This document shows, piece by piece, positions 49,150-61,922 of a DNA stretch of 64,000 bases; the stretch's first letter is position 1, and the number at the start of each line of letters is the position of its first letter. This DNA comes from Malacoraja senta. Its lineage: Eukaryota. Where the stretch lies: contig CM075987.1 of assembly GCA_038087875.1 (NCBI GenBank), positions 18,974,001 to 19,038,000 on the forward strand. The letters are read 5' to 3'. Made by a program: the position numbers and the translations under genes. The notes under the pieces were generated by a model that searched no databases, was not told where the DNA came from, and was given only the letters and a program-made list of their open reading frames with translations.

Positions 49150-50928
49150 TAGGGGAGATATTGAACAATTTCTTTTCTTCGGTATTCACGAAGGAGAAGG
49201 ATATGGAATTATGTGAGGTAAGGGAAACGAGCAGAGTAGCAATGGAAACTGTGAGATTCAAAGAAGAGGAGGTGCGGACACTTTTGAAAAATATGAAAAC
49301 GGATAAGTCTCCAGGTCCTGACAGGATATTCCCTAGGACATTGAGGGAAGTTAGTGTAGAAATAGCAGGGGCTATGACAGAAATATTTCAAATGTCATTA
49401 GAAACGGGAATAGTGCCGGAGGATTGGCGTACTGCGCATGTTGTTCCGTTGTTTAAAAAGGGTACGAAGAGTAAACCTAGCAATTATAGACCTGTTAGTT
49501 TGACGTCAGTGGTGGGCAAATTAATGGAAAGGATACTTAAAGATAATATATATAAGCATCTGGATAAGCAGGGTCTGATTAGGAACAGTCAACATGGATT
49601 TGTGCCTGGAAGGTCATGCTTGACTAATCTTCTTGAATTTTTCGAAGAGGTTACTAGGGAAATTGATGTGGGTAAAGCAGTGGATGTTGTCTATATGGAC
49701 TTCAGTAAGGCCTTTGACAAGGTTCCTCATGGAAGGTTGGTTAAGAAGATTCAATTGTTGGGTATTAATGGTGGAGTAGCAAGATGGATTCAACAGTGGC
49801 TGAATGGGAGATGCCAGAGAGTAATGGTGGATGGCTGTTTGTCAGGTTGGAGGCCGGTGACTAGTGGGGTGCCTCAGGGGTCTGTGTTGGGTCCACTGTT
49901 GTTTGTCATGTACATCAATGATCTGGATGAAGGTGTGGAAAATTGGATTAGTAAGTATGCAGATGATACTAAGATAGGTGGTGTTGTGGATAATGAAGTA
50001 GATTTTCAAAGTCTACAGAGAGATTTAGGCCATTTGGAAGAGTGGGCTGAAAGATGGCAGATGGAGTTTAATGCTGACAAATGTGAGGTGCTACATCTCG
50101 GCAGGACAAATCAAAATAGGACGTACATGGTAAATGGTAGCGAATTGAGGAATGCAGTTGAACAGAGGGATCTAGGAATAACTGTGCATAGTTCCCTGAA
50201 GGTGGAATCTCATGTAGATAGGGTGGTAAAGAAAGCTTTTGGTGTGCTGGCCTTTATAAATCAGAGCATTGAATATAGAAGTTGGGATGTAATGTTAAAA
50301 TTGTACAAGGCATTGGTGAGGCCAATTCTGGAGTATGGAGTACAATTTTGGTCGCCTAATTATAGGAAGGATGTCAACAAAATAGAGAGAGTACAGAGGA
50401 GATTTACTAGAATGTTGCCTGGGTTTCAGCAACTAAGTTACAGAGAAAGGTTGAACAAGTTAGGTCTTTATTCTTTGGAGCGCAGAAGGTTAAGAGGGGA
50501 CTTGATAGAGGTCTTTAAAATTATGAGCGGGTTAGACAGAGTGGACGTGGATAAGCTTTTCCCATTGAGAGTAGGGAAGATTCAAACAAGGGGACATGAC
50601 TTGAGAATTAAGGGACAGAAGTTTAGGGGGAACATTAGGGGGAACTTCTTTACTCAGAGAGTGGTAGCTGTGTGGAATGAGCTTCCAGTGGAAGTGGTGG
50701 AGGCAGGTTCGATGTTATCCTTTAAAAATAGATTGGATGGGTATATGGACGGGAAAGGAATGGAGGGTTATGGTCTGAGTGCAGGTAGATGGGACTAGGG
50801 GGAAGTATTTTATTTTTAATTTAAATTAAAAAAAAAAAATTTAAAAAAAAATTTAAATGTTCGGCACGGACTTGAAGGGCCGAGATGGCCTGTTTCCGTG
50901 CTGTTATGGTTATATGGTTATATGGTTA
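49150..50928 (+). mobile_element. CR1-clade LINE, 5'-truncated, uninterrupted 545-aa RT/C-terminal ORF
   Basis: ORF 49161-50798 with [29 protein letters not shown]; (TATGGTTA)n tail at ~50905-50928. Confidence 0.95.
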
Positions 50929-51761
50929 AACAGTAACCTTGTCTCTTTTCAACCTTTATTTTCCCATTGTGAGCAGGCTCAGTTAATATGTGGTGAGGGA
51001 AGGGTTCATGGATCAATATTCTATGGAATCAATATGGGAAATTAAATCCAATTATAGCCTTTACCCTAAGCTTTTAAGAATGACTCACTGGATTCACTAC
51101 ACGAGAATGATAGCAATAATTCCCAGAGGGCATATTAACCAAACTCTCTGAGTGGGCAACATTCAGGATGGGATGGAAAGCTATTCTTTTGCCCAGCCAT
51201 TATAATTCTCCATGAAGACTGAAATTTGGTAGGCTGCAAAAGTAACATTGTGCATGGCCCTATCAACTGAGTGGCACAGTAGCAAAGCTGGTAAAGCTGC
51301 TGCCTCACAGCGCCAGAGACCCCAGTCTGATCCTCGTCTCTTGTGCTGTCTGTGTGGAGTTTGCATGTTCCCCCTGCGACAGTGAGAGTTTCCTCCGGGT
51401 GCTCCATGTGGGTATGTAGGTTAATTGGCCTCTAAAAAATTACCCCTCGTGTGAAGGGAGTGGATGAGAAACTGATCACCCATTCACACTAGTTCTATGT
51501 TATCCCAAAGTTTGGCATAGACTCAATTGGCTGAAGGGCTCGTTTCCATGCAGTATTGCTGACCTAAAGCTTGCTAACAGGCAGATTAAAGTAGTCACCA
51601 GGCCAGATGCCACCTCAGATTGCCACAGAACCCCAAAGTAGAGAATACAACATGGTGAACTCAGAGTATGCAGTCTGCTGACCAAAACAGCCAGACAAAC
51701 TGGGATCTGCTTAAGAGAGTAAGGAATCGGGTCCATGCTCCAAACCATGACCTTCCGTCAC

Positions 51762-51895
51762 CTTAACTCCTCAGTTTCATCTTGGAGTTGCTTCATCAGC
51801 TCAGTCAGCCTCTGGGTCATGGGGTTCTCCTTTCTCTTCGTCTCATTTGTGGTCACCTTCCGAATGCTGGCTGTAGGCTTGGAATCATCCAATGG
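51762..51895 (-). CDS. CCDC187: Exon PLDDSKPTASIRKVTTNETKRKENPMTQRLTELMKQLQDETEEL
   Basis: tttttcttttcag|CCA ... AG|gtgacg; 134 nt, phase 0-2; coiled-coil-like. Confidence 0.8.
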
Positions 51896-52671
51896 CTGAA
51901 AAGAAAAACATCACCTTCACTTAATTGAGTGTGCCTAAAGGAACATCAACTGTATTTGTACGGTGCCTTCACACTGGGAGACAGTCACAAGTGCCTCATG
52001 AAATATATCAGTCAAAATTTGAGTGAAAACCATGTCAGAAGATAATAGGACTGAAAAAAGGCCTGGAAATCTAAAAAACATCTTACAGAGAACAGAACAG
52101 GAACAGGCCCTTTGGCAATAATGTTGTTCGTTGAGAAGTTAGGCAAACTAGATCTCTTTGCAGCTTTGGAGGCTGAAGGGAGACCTGATAGAAGTTTATA
52201 AAATGATGAGAGGCATAGATAGGAAAGAAAGTCCGAATTTTTTCTTCCCTGGGTGGAAATGTCAAAGATTAGAGGCCATAGCACTAAGTTGAAAGGGACA
52301 CAGTTTAAAGGATATAAGTTTTTAAGGGTGGGCTAAGTTTTTTTTAAACAGAGTGAGTGGTGGGTGCCTGGAATGCACTGGCAAGGGTGACAGTGGAGGC
52401 AGATATGTGGAGAGTTTAAGAGGTAGGTACATGGATATGCAGGGATATTGATCACATGCAGATAGAACAGATTAATTCAACAACATCATGTTTGGCACGA
52501 ACACAGGTGTTCCGTTCCATGTTCTGTACAGTTTTATGTTAAATTTATTACAAAGAGAGCAGCCAAATCTAGAAAAAATTATGGGAAGAATGAAAGAAAG
52601 AGATAGGTTCACTCCTAATGTCGAATGTGTACTTTAAGCACAATCAGAGCCATTAATGAGGAAATTCTTAC

Positions 52672-52748
52672 CTTTCCACTCTGAGTGGAGAGACCAAAGC
52701 TTCTGGGGGGGCGAGTCGTCTCGTAATTATGGCTGTGTTCTACATTAG
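52672..52748 (-). CDS. CCDC187: Exon (A)NVEHSHNYETTRPPRSFGLSTQSGK
   Basis: aatttgtcag|CT ... AAG|gtaaga; 77 nt, phase 1-0. Confidence 0.65.
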
Positions 52749-53854
52749 CTGACAAATTACAGAATAATGATTGATTAATGGTAAAATCAAAGTGGTGACG
52801 TTTACGGTGAGACAATTTGGGAGCCTAAACTCAGAGCCATCTACAGCTGATAGCCAATGGAATACATGAGAAGTTTAAACCTACACAAGTAAATGGCCCC
52901 ACAAAACCATAATTTGTGATCAGACAATCTGTTTTCTGTGATAATGAATGAGGAATGAATATTAACAAGGACTATTGCATTTTAAAGTATATTATCATGG
53001 ATTTGGAAAGAGCAGGTGGGATCCCTGTGCTTCAGTACAGTCGTTCTAAAAGCCTCTACTTTTTTCATTTGGGTGACTTGCATTGAGATGTAAGTTTGTT
53101 TTGGGAGCAGTCTCCAATAACGCAGAAAGTCAAGACTCCTACATTGCCCAATGCCCCTAACACAAAATATTAATCTGGAGCAAACAGGAACAGGGGCCTG
53201 AAAACTGTTACGACCTGTTTAAGAACAGTTTCTTCCCAGCAACCACTTGATTAGTACGGGTGGAAGAGGCTATGGGGAGAAGGCAGGAGAATGGGGTTAG
53301 GAGGAAGAGATAGATCAGCCATGATTGAATGGCGGAGTAAACTTGATGGGCCGAATGGCCTAATTCTGCTCCTATCACAAGATCTTATTAATTTATGAGC
53401 TCATTCAATTCAATTCAATTCAATTCAACTTTAATGTCATTGCACAAATACTGAGTATGGGTACAACGAAATGCAGTTTTGCGTCAGTCCGTAGTAGTAG
53501 TGCAATATAGAAATTTAAAAAAAAAGAGGATACAGAATAATCAAAAATACAGAATAATTAACAATGGGGACGGAGGTGCTTAAAGAATCAATGAGCTCAT
53601 GAATACTGCACAACACTAACCACTACCTCAGTAACAATGATCTTCTCAGGACTTTTTTTGGTTGCACTTGAGACTTCGATTTTGGCTACCTAGCAATACA
53701 GTTATTAATTTATTGTATTGTTGATTAATATATATTTGAGCCTTATTGTGTTAAAGGGCCTGTTAAAGCAGCAGCAAGTAAGAATGTAATTGTTTCATTG
53801 CCAATGCATATAATTAACGCACTTGACCCATCTCCTGACATGTGTTGATATCTA

Positions 53855-54633
53855 GAATAGGGGACAGGAATACGGGAGAGGATGATTATTCATTAAAATA
53901 AATAGAAGAATTGTATAAAAATTAAAAATTACTGGGTGGATATTTTAAAAATAATCTCTTTAGCTGTTAATACTCAACTGGATCCCGATCCTAAATTAAT
54001 AATATTGGGCATATCAGAACAATACCTAAAACAAACCAAAGACATTTCCTTGATTACAGTATAATAATTGGGAAAAAATTAATGTTAAAATTTTGGAAAA
54101 ATCCTGCAACCCCCACAATTAAGATGTGGATTATGGAGATGTCGGAGACCTTACATTTGGAAAAAATTAGATATGTCTTAATTGACAAACCAGAATTATT
54201 TACTAAAATATGGTCTCCATTTATAGATTATTTGAAGGGGTAGACTGGGCCGGTGCGGAGGCCTGACTGAAGCCTGAACCCAGGACTAGATGAATAGTTA
54301 TGTTTTCTGACCTATGGGCCTATCTCCTAAGTTGTATTATTGATAGTTTATCTTATTTTTTTTCTAATTTCTTCTCTTTATTTCATTATTTTTCTTTTCT
54401 ATAAACATAAATAAATAATTAGAGGTAATGTTAATATGTAACCGATAAAGGAGGACCCCAGCTACTTTGGTAACTGGATCCCCGGAACCCTGGATACTTA
54501 ATACGTAATCGTTAAACAAAGCTTGTATTGGTTTGGACTATGATATGCAGATACATCTAATAAAAATTTAAATTAAAAAAATTAATACAATTTTTTTTTT
54601 TTAAACAATAAATAAATAAATAAATAAATAAAT
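53855..54633 (+). mobile_element. L1 3' fragment related to the 4762-9274 element
   Basis: Encodes KKLMLKFWKNPATPTIKMW..EMSETLHLEKIR...KIWSPFIDYL*, matching the end of ORF 8034-8930; A-rich/(TAAA)n tail. Confidence 0.85.
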
Positions 54634-54857
54634 AGAGGGATTTGAAAGACAAGGAGGTTTCTGCTGTGGAGCCTCTCTCAAGGTAAGGATATTTTGGATC
54701 TGCTGGAGCCCCTTGCAGGCTACGCAACAGCCTGTTTTTGCAAAGGGATTTTGATTTGGATGCAAATCCCTTACTAATATCCAGGGAATTGGTTGTGACT
54801 GGCTGCCATTTTATGTCACAGACATACATTTTTAGATTTAAAAAAATTATAATTAAC

Positions 54858-55170
54858 AGGTGGAATGGTGGCGCAGTGGTATAGTTGCTGCCTTACAGCA
54901 CTTGCAGCACCGGAGACCCAAGTTCGATCCCGACTGCAGGTGCTGTCTGTATGGCGTTCTCCCCATGACCGCGTGGGCTTTCTCTAAGATCTTTGGTTTC
55001 CTCCCACACTTCAAAGGCGTCCAGGTATGGAGGTTAATTTGCTTGGTATAAGTGTAAATTGTCCCTAGTGTGTGTAGGATAGTGTTAATGTGCGGGAATC
55101 GTTGGTCGGCGCGGACTCAATGGGCTGAAGGGCCTGTTTCCGCGCTGTATCTCATAACTAAAACTAAATT
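54858..55170 (+). mobile_element. tRNA-derived V-type SINE (HE1-like); other copies at ~19926-20155 +, ~51270-51470 +, ~9342-9600 -, ~25050-25303 -
   Basis: A-box-like TGGCGCAGTGG, B-box-like GTTCGATCCC, central GCTGTCTGT..GG.GTT domain, CR1-like tail GGGCTGAAGGGCCTGTTTCCGCGCTGTAT. Confidence 0.8.
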
Positions 55171-55576
55171 ATTATACTGCAAGTATTAGTGTGCATATTT
55201 TATTAAGAAGATGAATACATATAATGTGATTGCAAGTTGGCAGAGAGACAATGACAGACTTTTGTTTTTCCACTTGGCAGGTTGGCAAAGGTGAACAATC
55301 TCCCAATAAAAGCAACTTGAATTTTGTACTTATTTATCCCCTATGTGGACACAATGACATTACTTGTATCTGACGAATAAAGGACGGATGCGGTGCAGGA
55401 TTGATAAACCTCTGGTCTTTACTTCCCATAATTGCCTGGATGCTCTATCCTCAACCACCACAGGCTTCACATGAATGTGACCTTGATTTTCAATAGATTC
55501 TGAAGGTGGAGTTACCACACATCTCCTTCCATCTAAAGTACCCACAATCGCATTGATGCCAGAGATAGATACCCAC

Positions 55577-55725
55577 CAGACTCCTCCTCTCTGGCAGGAT
55601 GCTTCACTCTTGGAGGTGAGGTAGGCATCGTTCTGGATGGTGACCTGTGTGAACCCAATCTCCTACTCTTCTGCAACAAGAGGGATTTGTTGCCACCTTG
55701 CATTTTGCTTGTTTCACAAGTTCTC
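55577..55725 (-). CDS. CCDC187: Exon RTCETSKMQGGNKSLLLQKSRRLGSHRSPSRTMPTSPPRVKHPAREEES
   Basis: ctctgttccccatctcag|G ... TCTG|gtgggt; 149 nt, phase 2-1, open and phase-compatible with the next exon. Confidence 0.62.
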
Positions 55726-56034
55726 CTGAGATGGGGAACAGAGAGAACTGTTGAACAACAAAGCTTTATTATTCTTTAAAACATATAGAACAAAATAAAA
55801 TAGAAATGGGTCACTTAGCCCAATTGTCCAAGGTGGTCATTATGCTCCCGCACAAGTCCCTTCCCATCCAACGTGGACCAACTCCTGTTAGAATGTTAGA
55901 TAAAACCATGACAGAAGCAACTACACATAACAGCACACCATTATAACGACTTATTGTTATGGTCACACATTATATTACTAGATGCTTAATCGTTGCACAT
56001 ATATTACAAAATGGCAAACATTGGACTGAATGTC

Positions 56035-56565
56035 AGCTACTGACTGGATGCATCACGTCCTGGTTCGACAACTCGAACGGCCACAAGCGAAGGAGACTAC
56101 AGAGAATGGTCTACACTGAGCGGTCCATCACAGGGACTGACCTCCCCATCATCGAATGGGTCTACAGGAGGGGCTGCTGCAAATATCAGCTACTATCAAA
56201 GACCCACATGACTTTGGCCGCACTCTCATTTTTGCTCCATCAAGGTGGTGGCATAGGAGTCTGAAAGCCATGACCATCAGGTTCAAGAACAGCCACAAAG
56301 TTACTCCAGCACTTTTTTCCCCCAAGAATAGCTTCTTCCCAACAACTATCTTGAACACTAAACACCAACCTCAAAGTACAAACTTCTATAGATCACCTTT
56401 GGTTGAACTAAGGAAGACAGGTGTTTTGTGTGGTTATTAATCTATTGAATTTGTTTTGTTTTGTCTGTTATACATTATCTGTGTGTGTTGCGTTTGCAGG
56501 CCAGTTATGCTGCTGTAAGTAGGAATTTCATTGTTCAGTTGTCAGTACACATGACAATAGAACAC
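56035..56565 (+). mobile_element. Rex1/Babar-like LINE 3' fragment (related pieces at ~46236-46590 - and ~14212-14565 -)
   Basis: LTGCITSWF...RLQRMV...SITGTDLP and IKDPH...RSLKAMTIRFKNS motifs typical of Rex1/Babar C-termini. Confidence 0.72.
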
Positions 56566-56918
56566 TCTCGACAATTGGTGCTGTGTCACTTGACCACATT
56601 CTTATGGTTCCTGCAGAGGCAGACTGTTAGAAATGATCAATTCAGAGGAATCCTAAACACTGGGATTCATTGCACAGGCAGCATCTGTCAGATGCATGGC
56701 TAACATCATTGGAGTTGTCCACAAACTTATCAAGTATCCAGATGATACGTAGTTATTAACGGAAGAGACTATATAGATGCTGGAATAGAGCAACAAAAAA
56801 CCCCAACAAAAACCTGCTGGAGGAACTCAGAGCGTCAAGCAACATCTGTGGAGGGAAATGGACAGACAATGTTTTGGGCCATCTGAGTTCCTCTAGTTTG
56901 TATGTGTATGGGTGTGTG

Positions 56919-56920
<2 letters not shown>

Positions 56921-56953
<33 letters not shown>
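56921..56953. repeat. (TG)n microsatellite
   Basis: Directly visible. Confidence 0.95.
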
Positions 56954-56955
<2 letters not shown>

Positions 56956-57604
56956 ATATTTGGATTAGGGATAACCTGGAGAGATTGGAAGACAGAGCAT
57001 GTAAACAAACCCATTGGACCACTGACCCCATCTATTACTCGTTCACACTAGTTCTACGTTATCCCACTATTCCTGACACATTAGGGGGAATTAAAAATGG
57101 CCAATTAAGCTACAAACTCTCATTTATTTTGATATGTTCTGTGAGGCAGCTACTGTGCCCTGTGCAGTGGTGTCAGCTATGAAGATAGTATCTGAGGTGG
57201 GTATTCAATCCTCAGCCTGAAACCCAAGAGGTGAATTAAAAGGGCATTAAGGATGAATATTCCCTGAAAGGAAACTCTGGTCCGCATAAACCTTGGAGCG
57301 ATCTTCTGGGGGAAGAACATTTCTTGCCTACATTGGCTCACACTACGGATGTATAATTGCATGGGAACACAGCTGTCAATGTGCTTTACTCCACAATCAG
57401 CTTATATAAATCTCATTGCAATGCTGCAGTAATAAGCTGTTCATTTTCCTGGCAGGGAATAACAGAAAAACAGCCAAAAGAGCTTAGCAGATTGTGCATT
57501 GTCCCAAATATATAGAAATAGCAACATTATAACATGGGACAAGGTCTAACCACCCCCAGGAGTTTCCACCAAACATAGCAGCAAATAATTCTAATCACAT
57601 TTAC

Positions 57605-57696
57605 CCATTCTGTTCCAGTTTTACTTCCGCCCCATTCTTTGTCTGCATGTTTGGTCTCCTTCTGAATTTTGTTAGTTTCTGCTTCGAACACCAACC
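57605..57696 (-). CDS. Tentative upstream exon GWCSKQKLTKFRRRPNMQTKNGAEVKLEQN(G)
   Basis: atttttccag|GGT ... GG|gtaaat; 92 nt, phase 0-2, compatible with the 55725 exon; no homology support. Confidence 0.35.
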
Positions 57697-59444
57697 CTGG
57701 AAAAATATTTGGCTGCCCCACAACTTTGCCTGAAGATCTTTCTCCAACTCTCATTTCGAAAATCCCGCATTCCATTCTTTTCCAGCTCCCCAACCCCCCC
57801 CCCCCCGGAAACCTTATCTGTCTATTCCCACCACAGGTGCTGCCTGACCCACTGAGTTCCTCCAAGTCTCCAATCTCTCAATTTCTGCAATCACAGATTC
57901 CTACCAAAAGGTTATCATTTATATCTAATCTGCTGCAAACCCATGAGTTTCAACAATTCTACCACCTCCAGCGATTTTTCGACAAAAGAAACCCAAATTT
58001 TCAATGTCTATATATTTTATCGAATCAGAGAGCATTCTAGTTAATTGATGCTCTACGTTCTCTTAAAACCTCATCATGTTTCTAAGAGAAATAAATTTAA
58101 ATGGCTCACATTTATTTTTAAATCAGAGGATACATTGCATAGTTTTGCTTCAAAATGTGGACTAAAGGCTTAGTTTACAACAGGTCATCACTTTTGACAT
58201 TGCAATGAACAGATCCTAAAGAAAGGTCTTGACCCGAGATGTCACCTATTCCTTTTCTCCAGAGATGCTGCCTGACCCGTTGAGTTACTCCAGCACTTTG
58301 TGTCTTTTCTTGTAAACCAGCATCAGCAGTTCCTTTTACAAGTGGCCTTCCTCCTCCCTTCCCAGCCACATCTCTCAGTGCCTTGTTTACTCCCCACCAC
58401 CCTCCCTCTCAGAAGTTAAACTGCTTTAAACCCAAGCGTAAATTGCACACCAAGACTCTGTCTGGGAAGTGCATTGGGGAGGGGGGGGGGGTGGGGGGGA
58501 ACAGATTGTTTCTGAAATAAACTACAAAGCGAGCAACCTTGATCTCTGAAGAGAGTTAAAATCTAGGGCAAGTGTTTCAACTGTCTAATCCAATTGCAAT
58601 TGGGAACTACCAAACAATCTCCTTAAAACGGATATCCTGCTGTATTAAGCATCACTGTATCTATTGTTTGGGGGAGTATGCATTAAAAATATTAATAGAT
58701 AGAAAAAAATCTGCATGAAATTATTGTTGCCTGAGGAATCCAGCTCCAAGTGTTTAGCAGATTAGTAGAAGAACCTTTCACTTCAGAGCCTCTCTCACTG
58801 AAATTAATTTGATGATATAAGCCCTTGAGATATAGACCATCATCAGTTCAGGGAAGTAGTCTGTGATGTTAAGATTATTAAGCTCTTTCCTCAACCCTGA
58901 CTCATCTGCCATTAAGTAGTCTTTAGGTTCAAAGAAAGATTATGCTGTTTTCCAACAATTAAAAAAAGCAATATAGTAACAATGCACATCCACTTCAGAT
59001 TGTGGAAGTGCCTTTGTTCTAAGGCTCTGTCTGGTTAAGTCAACCCTTTTATGGTTTGGACAATTTCTAGACTCGACCCCTCAGCCACACAACCTCATCA
59101 TTCGGCCCCACAGGCCCATGCCAGCTGTTGAAGTGGAGCACCCACCAGGCCATTTGTGGAAGCAAAGTTTGATACTGCCACTCGGAGGCCACTTGGGCCA
59201 TAGTGTCTCTGATGGGGTTCCGTGGTGAGGCTATCTACTTGACTGTTGGGTGTTATGCTAATCGACACTGGTCAATTCAACAAGCAAAGAACAAAGTATT
59301 GGATGAATCCAACAGATCAGACAACATCTGTGGAGGGAAAAGGACAGATGATGTTTTTGGTCAGGACCCTCCTTAAGTTCCAAAATGGAGTCTGTCCATT
59401 TCCATCCACAGATGCTGCCTGATCTGCAGTGTTACATCTTGGAA

Positions 59445-59965
59445 CAGTACAGCACTGGAACAGGCCCTTCGGCCCACAATGCTTGTGCCAAACATGATGC
59501 CTAGCTCAACTGTTCCATATTCCTGCACTTCTAAAAGCCTCAAGCGCCACTTTCGTATCTGCTTTCACCACCACCCCTGTCAATGTATTCCAGTCCCCCA
59601 CCACTGCATAAAAAGAAACTTGCCCAGCACAGCTCCATTAAACTTCCCCCCTCTCACCCTATAGCTGTGGCCTCCATTCGTAGGCATTTGCACCCTGGGA
59701 AAAAGGTTCTGACTGTCTACCCTATCTATGCCTCTCATAATTTTATATACTTCTATCAAGTCTCTCCCCAACCTCTGATATTCCCGGGAAAACAAACCCA
59801 ATCTATGCAACCTCTCCTTGTGGCTGAAACTCTTTAATCCAGGCAGCATTCTGGTGAACGGGTCTGCAACCCGTCCAAACCCTCCATATCTTTCCTGTAA
59901 TGGGGTGACCAGAATTGCACCAACGTGCTTAAGCTTACCCAACATCCAATACAGTTGCACCATGA
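59445..59965 (-). mobile_element. Degenerate CR1 3' fragment
   Basis: FTRMLPGL...ERLHRLGLFS...DLIEVYKIMRGIDRVD peptide. Confidence 0.82.
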
Positions 59966-61629
59966 CTTCTCCAACATGTTGTCTTTTACTCAAGAATCCA
60001 GCATCTGCAGTCTGACTTGCCTTCTGCAGTCATTTTAACAAACATCCTTTTGTTTCAGTAAAAATATTTAAATAAAGAACAGTGGATACAAAGACAGGAA
60101 AACACCATCAGGTGGGTAGGGATGTAAATGTACAGCACAACTAGCCGATGCTCTCGATGACCCTCATGGACTGGGAAAGCACAAGGACTTTTTCGTTTGG
60201 GACACTGCATCAAGGGAGCACATTAAGAGTAGGACAGATTGCCAGATGGCAGGTAATTTGGCACATGGATAAGGATGGAAGCCAGGTAACATTCCAGAGA
60301 CTGGAAAGGTAGTGAGTTGGAGCAATGGCAGGTCACAGGGAAGGTTCACTCCACAACCTCACATCTTGTGGACACATCAGAACCAGAGGCCATTTTGAAT
60401 GCTGGAGACCACACCAGAATGTTGACAATGCACAGATTGAAACATTTGTTTCCCAGGCAACTTGTCGGAGATTGCAGCTCTGAGTGACTACAGACAAAGC
60501 AGAGAGACACCAGAGTTCAGGAAAAACCACTCTGCCTTCACCACAGCCATGAAACGTCTCCTAATTTTTCCTACAACTCAACAGTTCAGAACCATGATCT
60601 GATCAGCTTGATTGTGTAGATTTCAGACCATTAATTTCCTTCATAATAGTAGCCAGGGATTGCGGAAAACAAAGTTTCCCTCATTTTTAGTGCCTAAAGC
60701 AACAAATAACAACAATACAATTCATCGTGAAGCCACAAGCCACCTTTATAAAACATAAACCACCACATACTAACAATAAAATGATCGCTCCAAGGCACAA
60801 CTGCTATTGTGTCCAGCCTGATAATCTCCAGGCAGAAAAAAGGCTTTTTCATTAAATAGATGCAAATCCACTTCACTAGTACAGCCTCAACCTTAAGCTT
60901 CAGATTAATCCACCAGAGACATTCAATCTTGTCGCACTTTCAGCAATAAAGGAAGACCACAGACAGATAAGCTGAATTTATAACATGGAAAAGTACAGTT
61001 CAGGAACAGGTCCTTCAGCCCACAATGTCTGTGCCAAACACAATGCCAAGGTGAACTTCAGGGCTACTGAATGGGAGGTAAATGTTTGAGGATTGTTAAA
61101 GTGAATATGGGAGTCACACAGCAAGATCTCAGACAGCTGTTCGCTCATCGTGATTGCTTATGGTATAAATGTTAACACGAGGATATTGGGTATAATGCAT
61201 ATTTGCATATTTGCATATTTGCAGAAGGTTTGCAGATTGGTTGTGCGATTTCTCTTGTACCCACCTCAAAGCCTTGACATCTCATCCGAAAAATAACAGG
61301 TCAGACAGTGCAGCACTCCTATAGTGCTGCAGTGGTCCAGCAGTCTTAGATCTGTGGGAGACTGGCATTGCACCCATAGTCTACCAATTGCGACACTAAG
61401 CATCATTAATAATCAGACCTGCAGTCAAAAGCAGGTAAATGGGATAAGATTAGATGGGGCATCTTGGATGGCATGGACAAATTGAGCTAAAGAGCCTGCT
61501 TCTGTCCTGTATGACTTCATGAGGTTGCAATCAGTGCTACCCACAGCAACACGCAGACAACCAATTTCTGGGCAGCTTCTCCAGTTCCCCACCTCACCCC
61601 CACATCCCACTGTGCCTCAGAAGGCAATT

Positions 61630-61922
61630 TTGAGCACAAGTCAGGAAGTCATGTTGCAGCTTGATAAGACTTTAGTCAGGCCATAATGGAGTATTGCGTG
61701 CAGTTCTGGTCGCCCCAATACAGGAAGGATATGGAGGATAGACATAAAATGCTGGAGTAACTCAGCGGGTCAGACAACATCTCTGGAGAAAACGAATAGG
61801 TGACTTTTCAGGTCAAGACCCTTCTTCAGAAGATGGAGGCTTTGGAGACGGTGCAAAAGTGGTTCACCAGGATACTTCCTGGATTCGAGGGCATTAGCTA
61901 CAAGGAGAGATTGGACAAACAT
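61630..61922 (+). mobile_element. CR1 fragment with an embedded palindromic-family repeat piece (~61738-61830)
   Basis: Encodes KTLVRP.MEYCVQFWSP.YRKDM and later TVQKWFTRILPG-like sequence. Confidence 0.75.

Larger units (their letters stand above)
4552..55725 (-). other. CCDC187: Multi-exon gene, CEP350/CCDC187 family (CEP350-like centrosomal coiled-coil protein); 3' ~1,800 codons, 5' end not identified
   Basis: Chain of GT-AG exons with compatible phases, apart from one anomaly. Peptides match recalled CEP350/CCDC187 blocks: SLLPSESH; FTLEMAHQYLKEEDLRARHQSALFRLREKALKEKTKAELAWLE; AYDEFIRRTKAEL; KRDRVDIIL/IQELHEEE..WVEY..DELTVKMRL. CCDC187 is preferred over CEP350 because of the divergence and the decayed CAP-Gly (inference). 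Confidence 0.7.

Noticed and set aside
54634..54829. Minus-strand ORF next to the L1 tail as an interrupted exon
   Set aside because: No clear splice sites or homology; the ORF runs into the (TAAA)n tail.
54858..54940. tRNA gene
   Set aside because: The A/B-box-like motifs belong to a SINE head and no complete cloverleaf is evident.
55360..55545. ORF as an additional exon
   Set aside because: It would need an intron of only ~45 nt, and the 55577 exon already joins the 52748 exon in frame.
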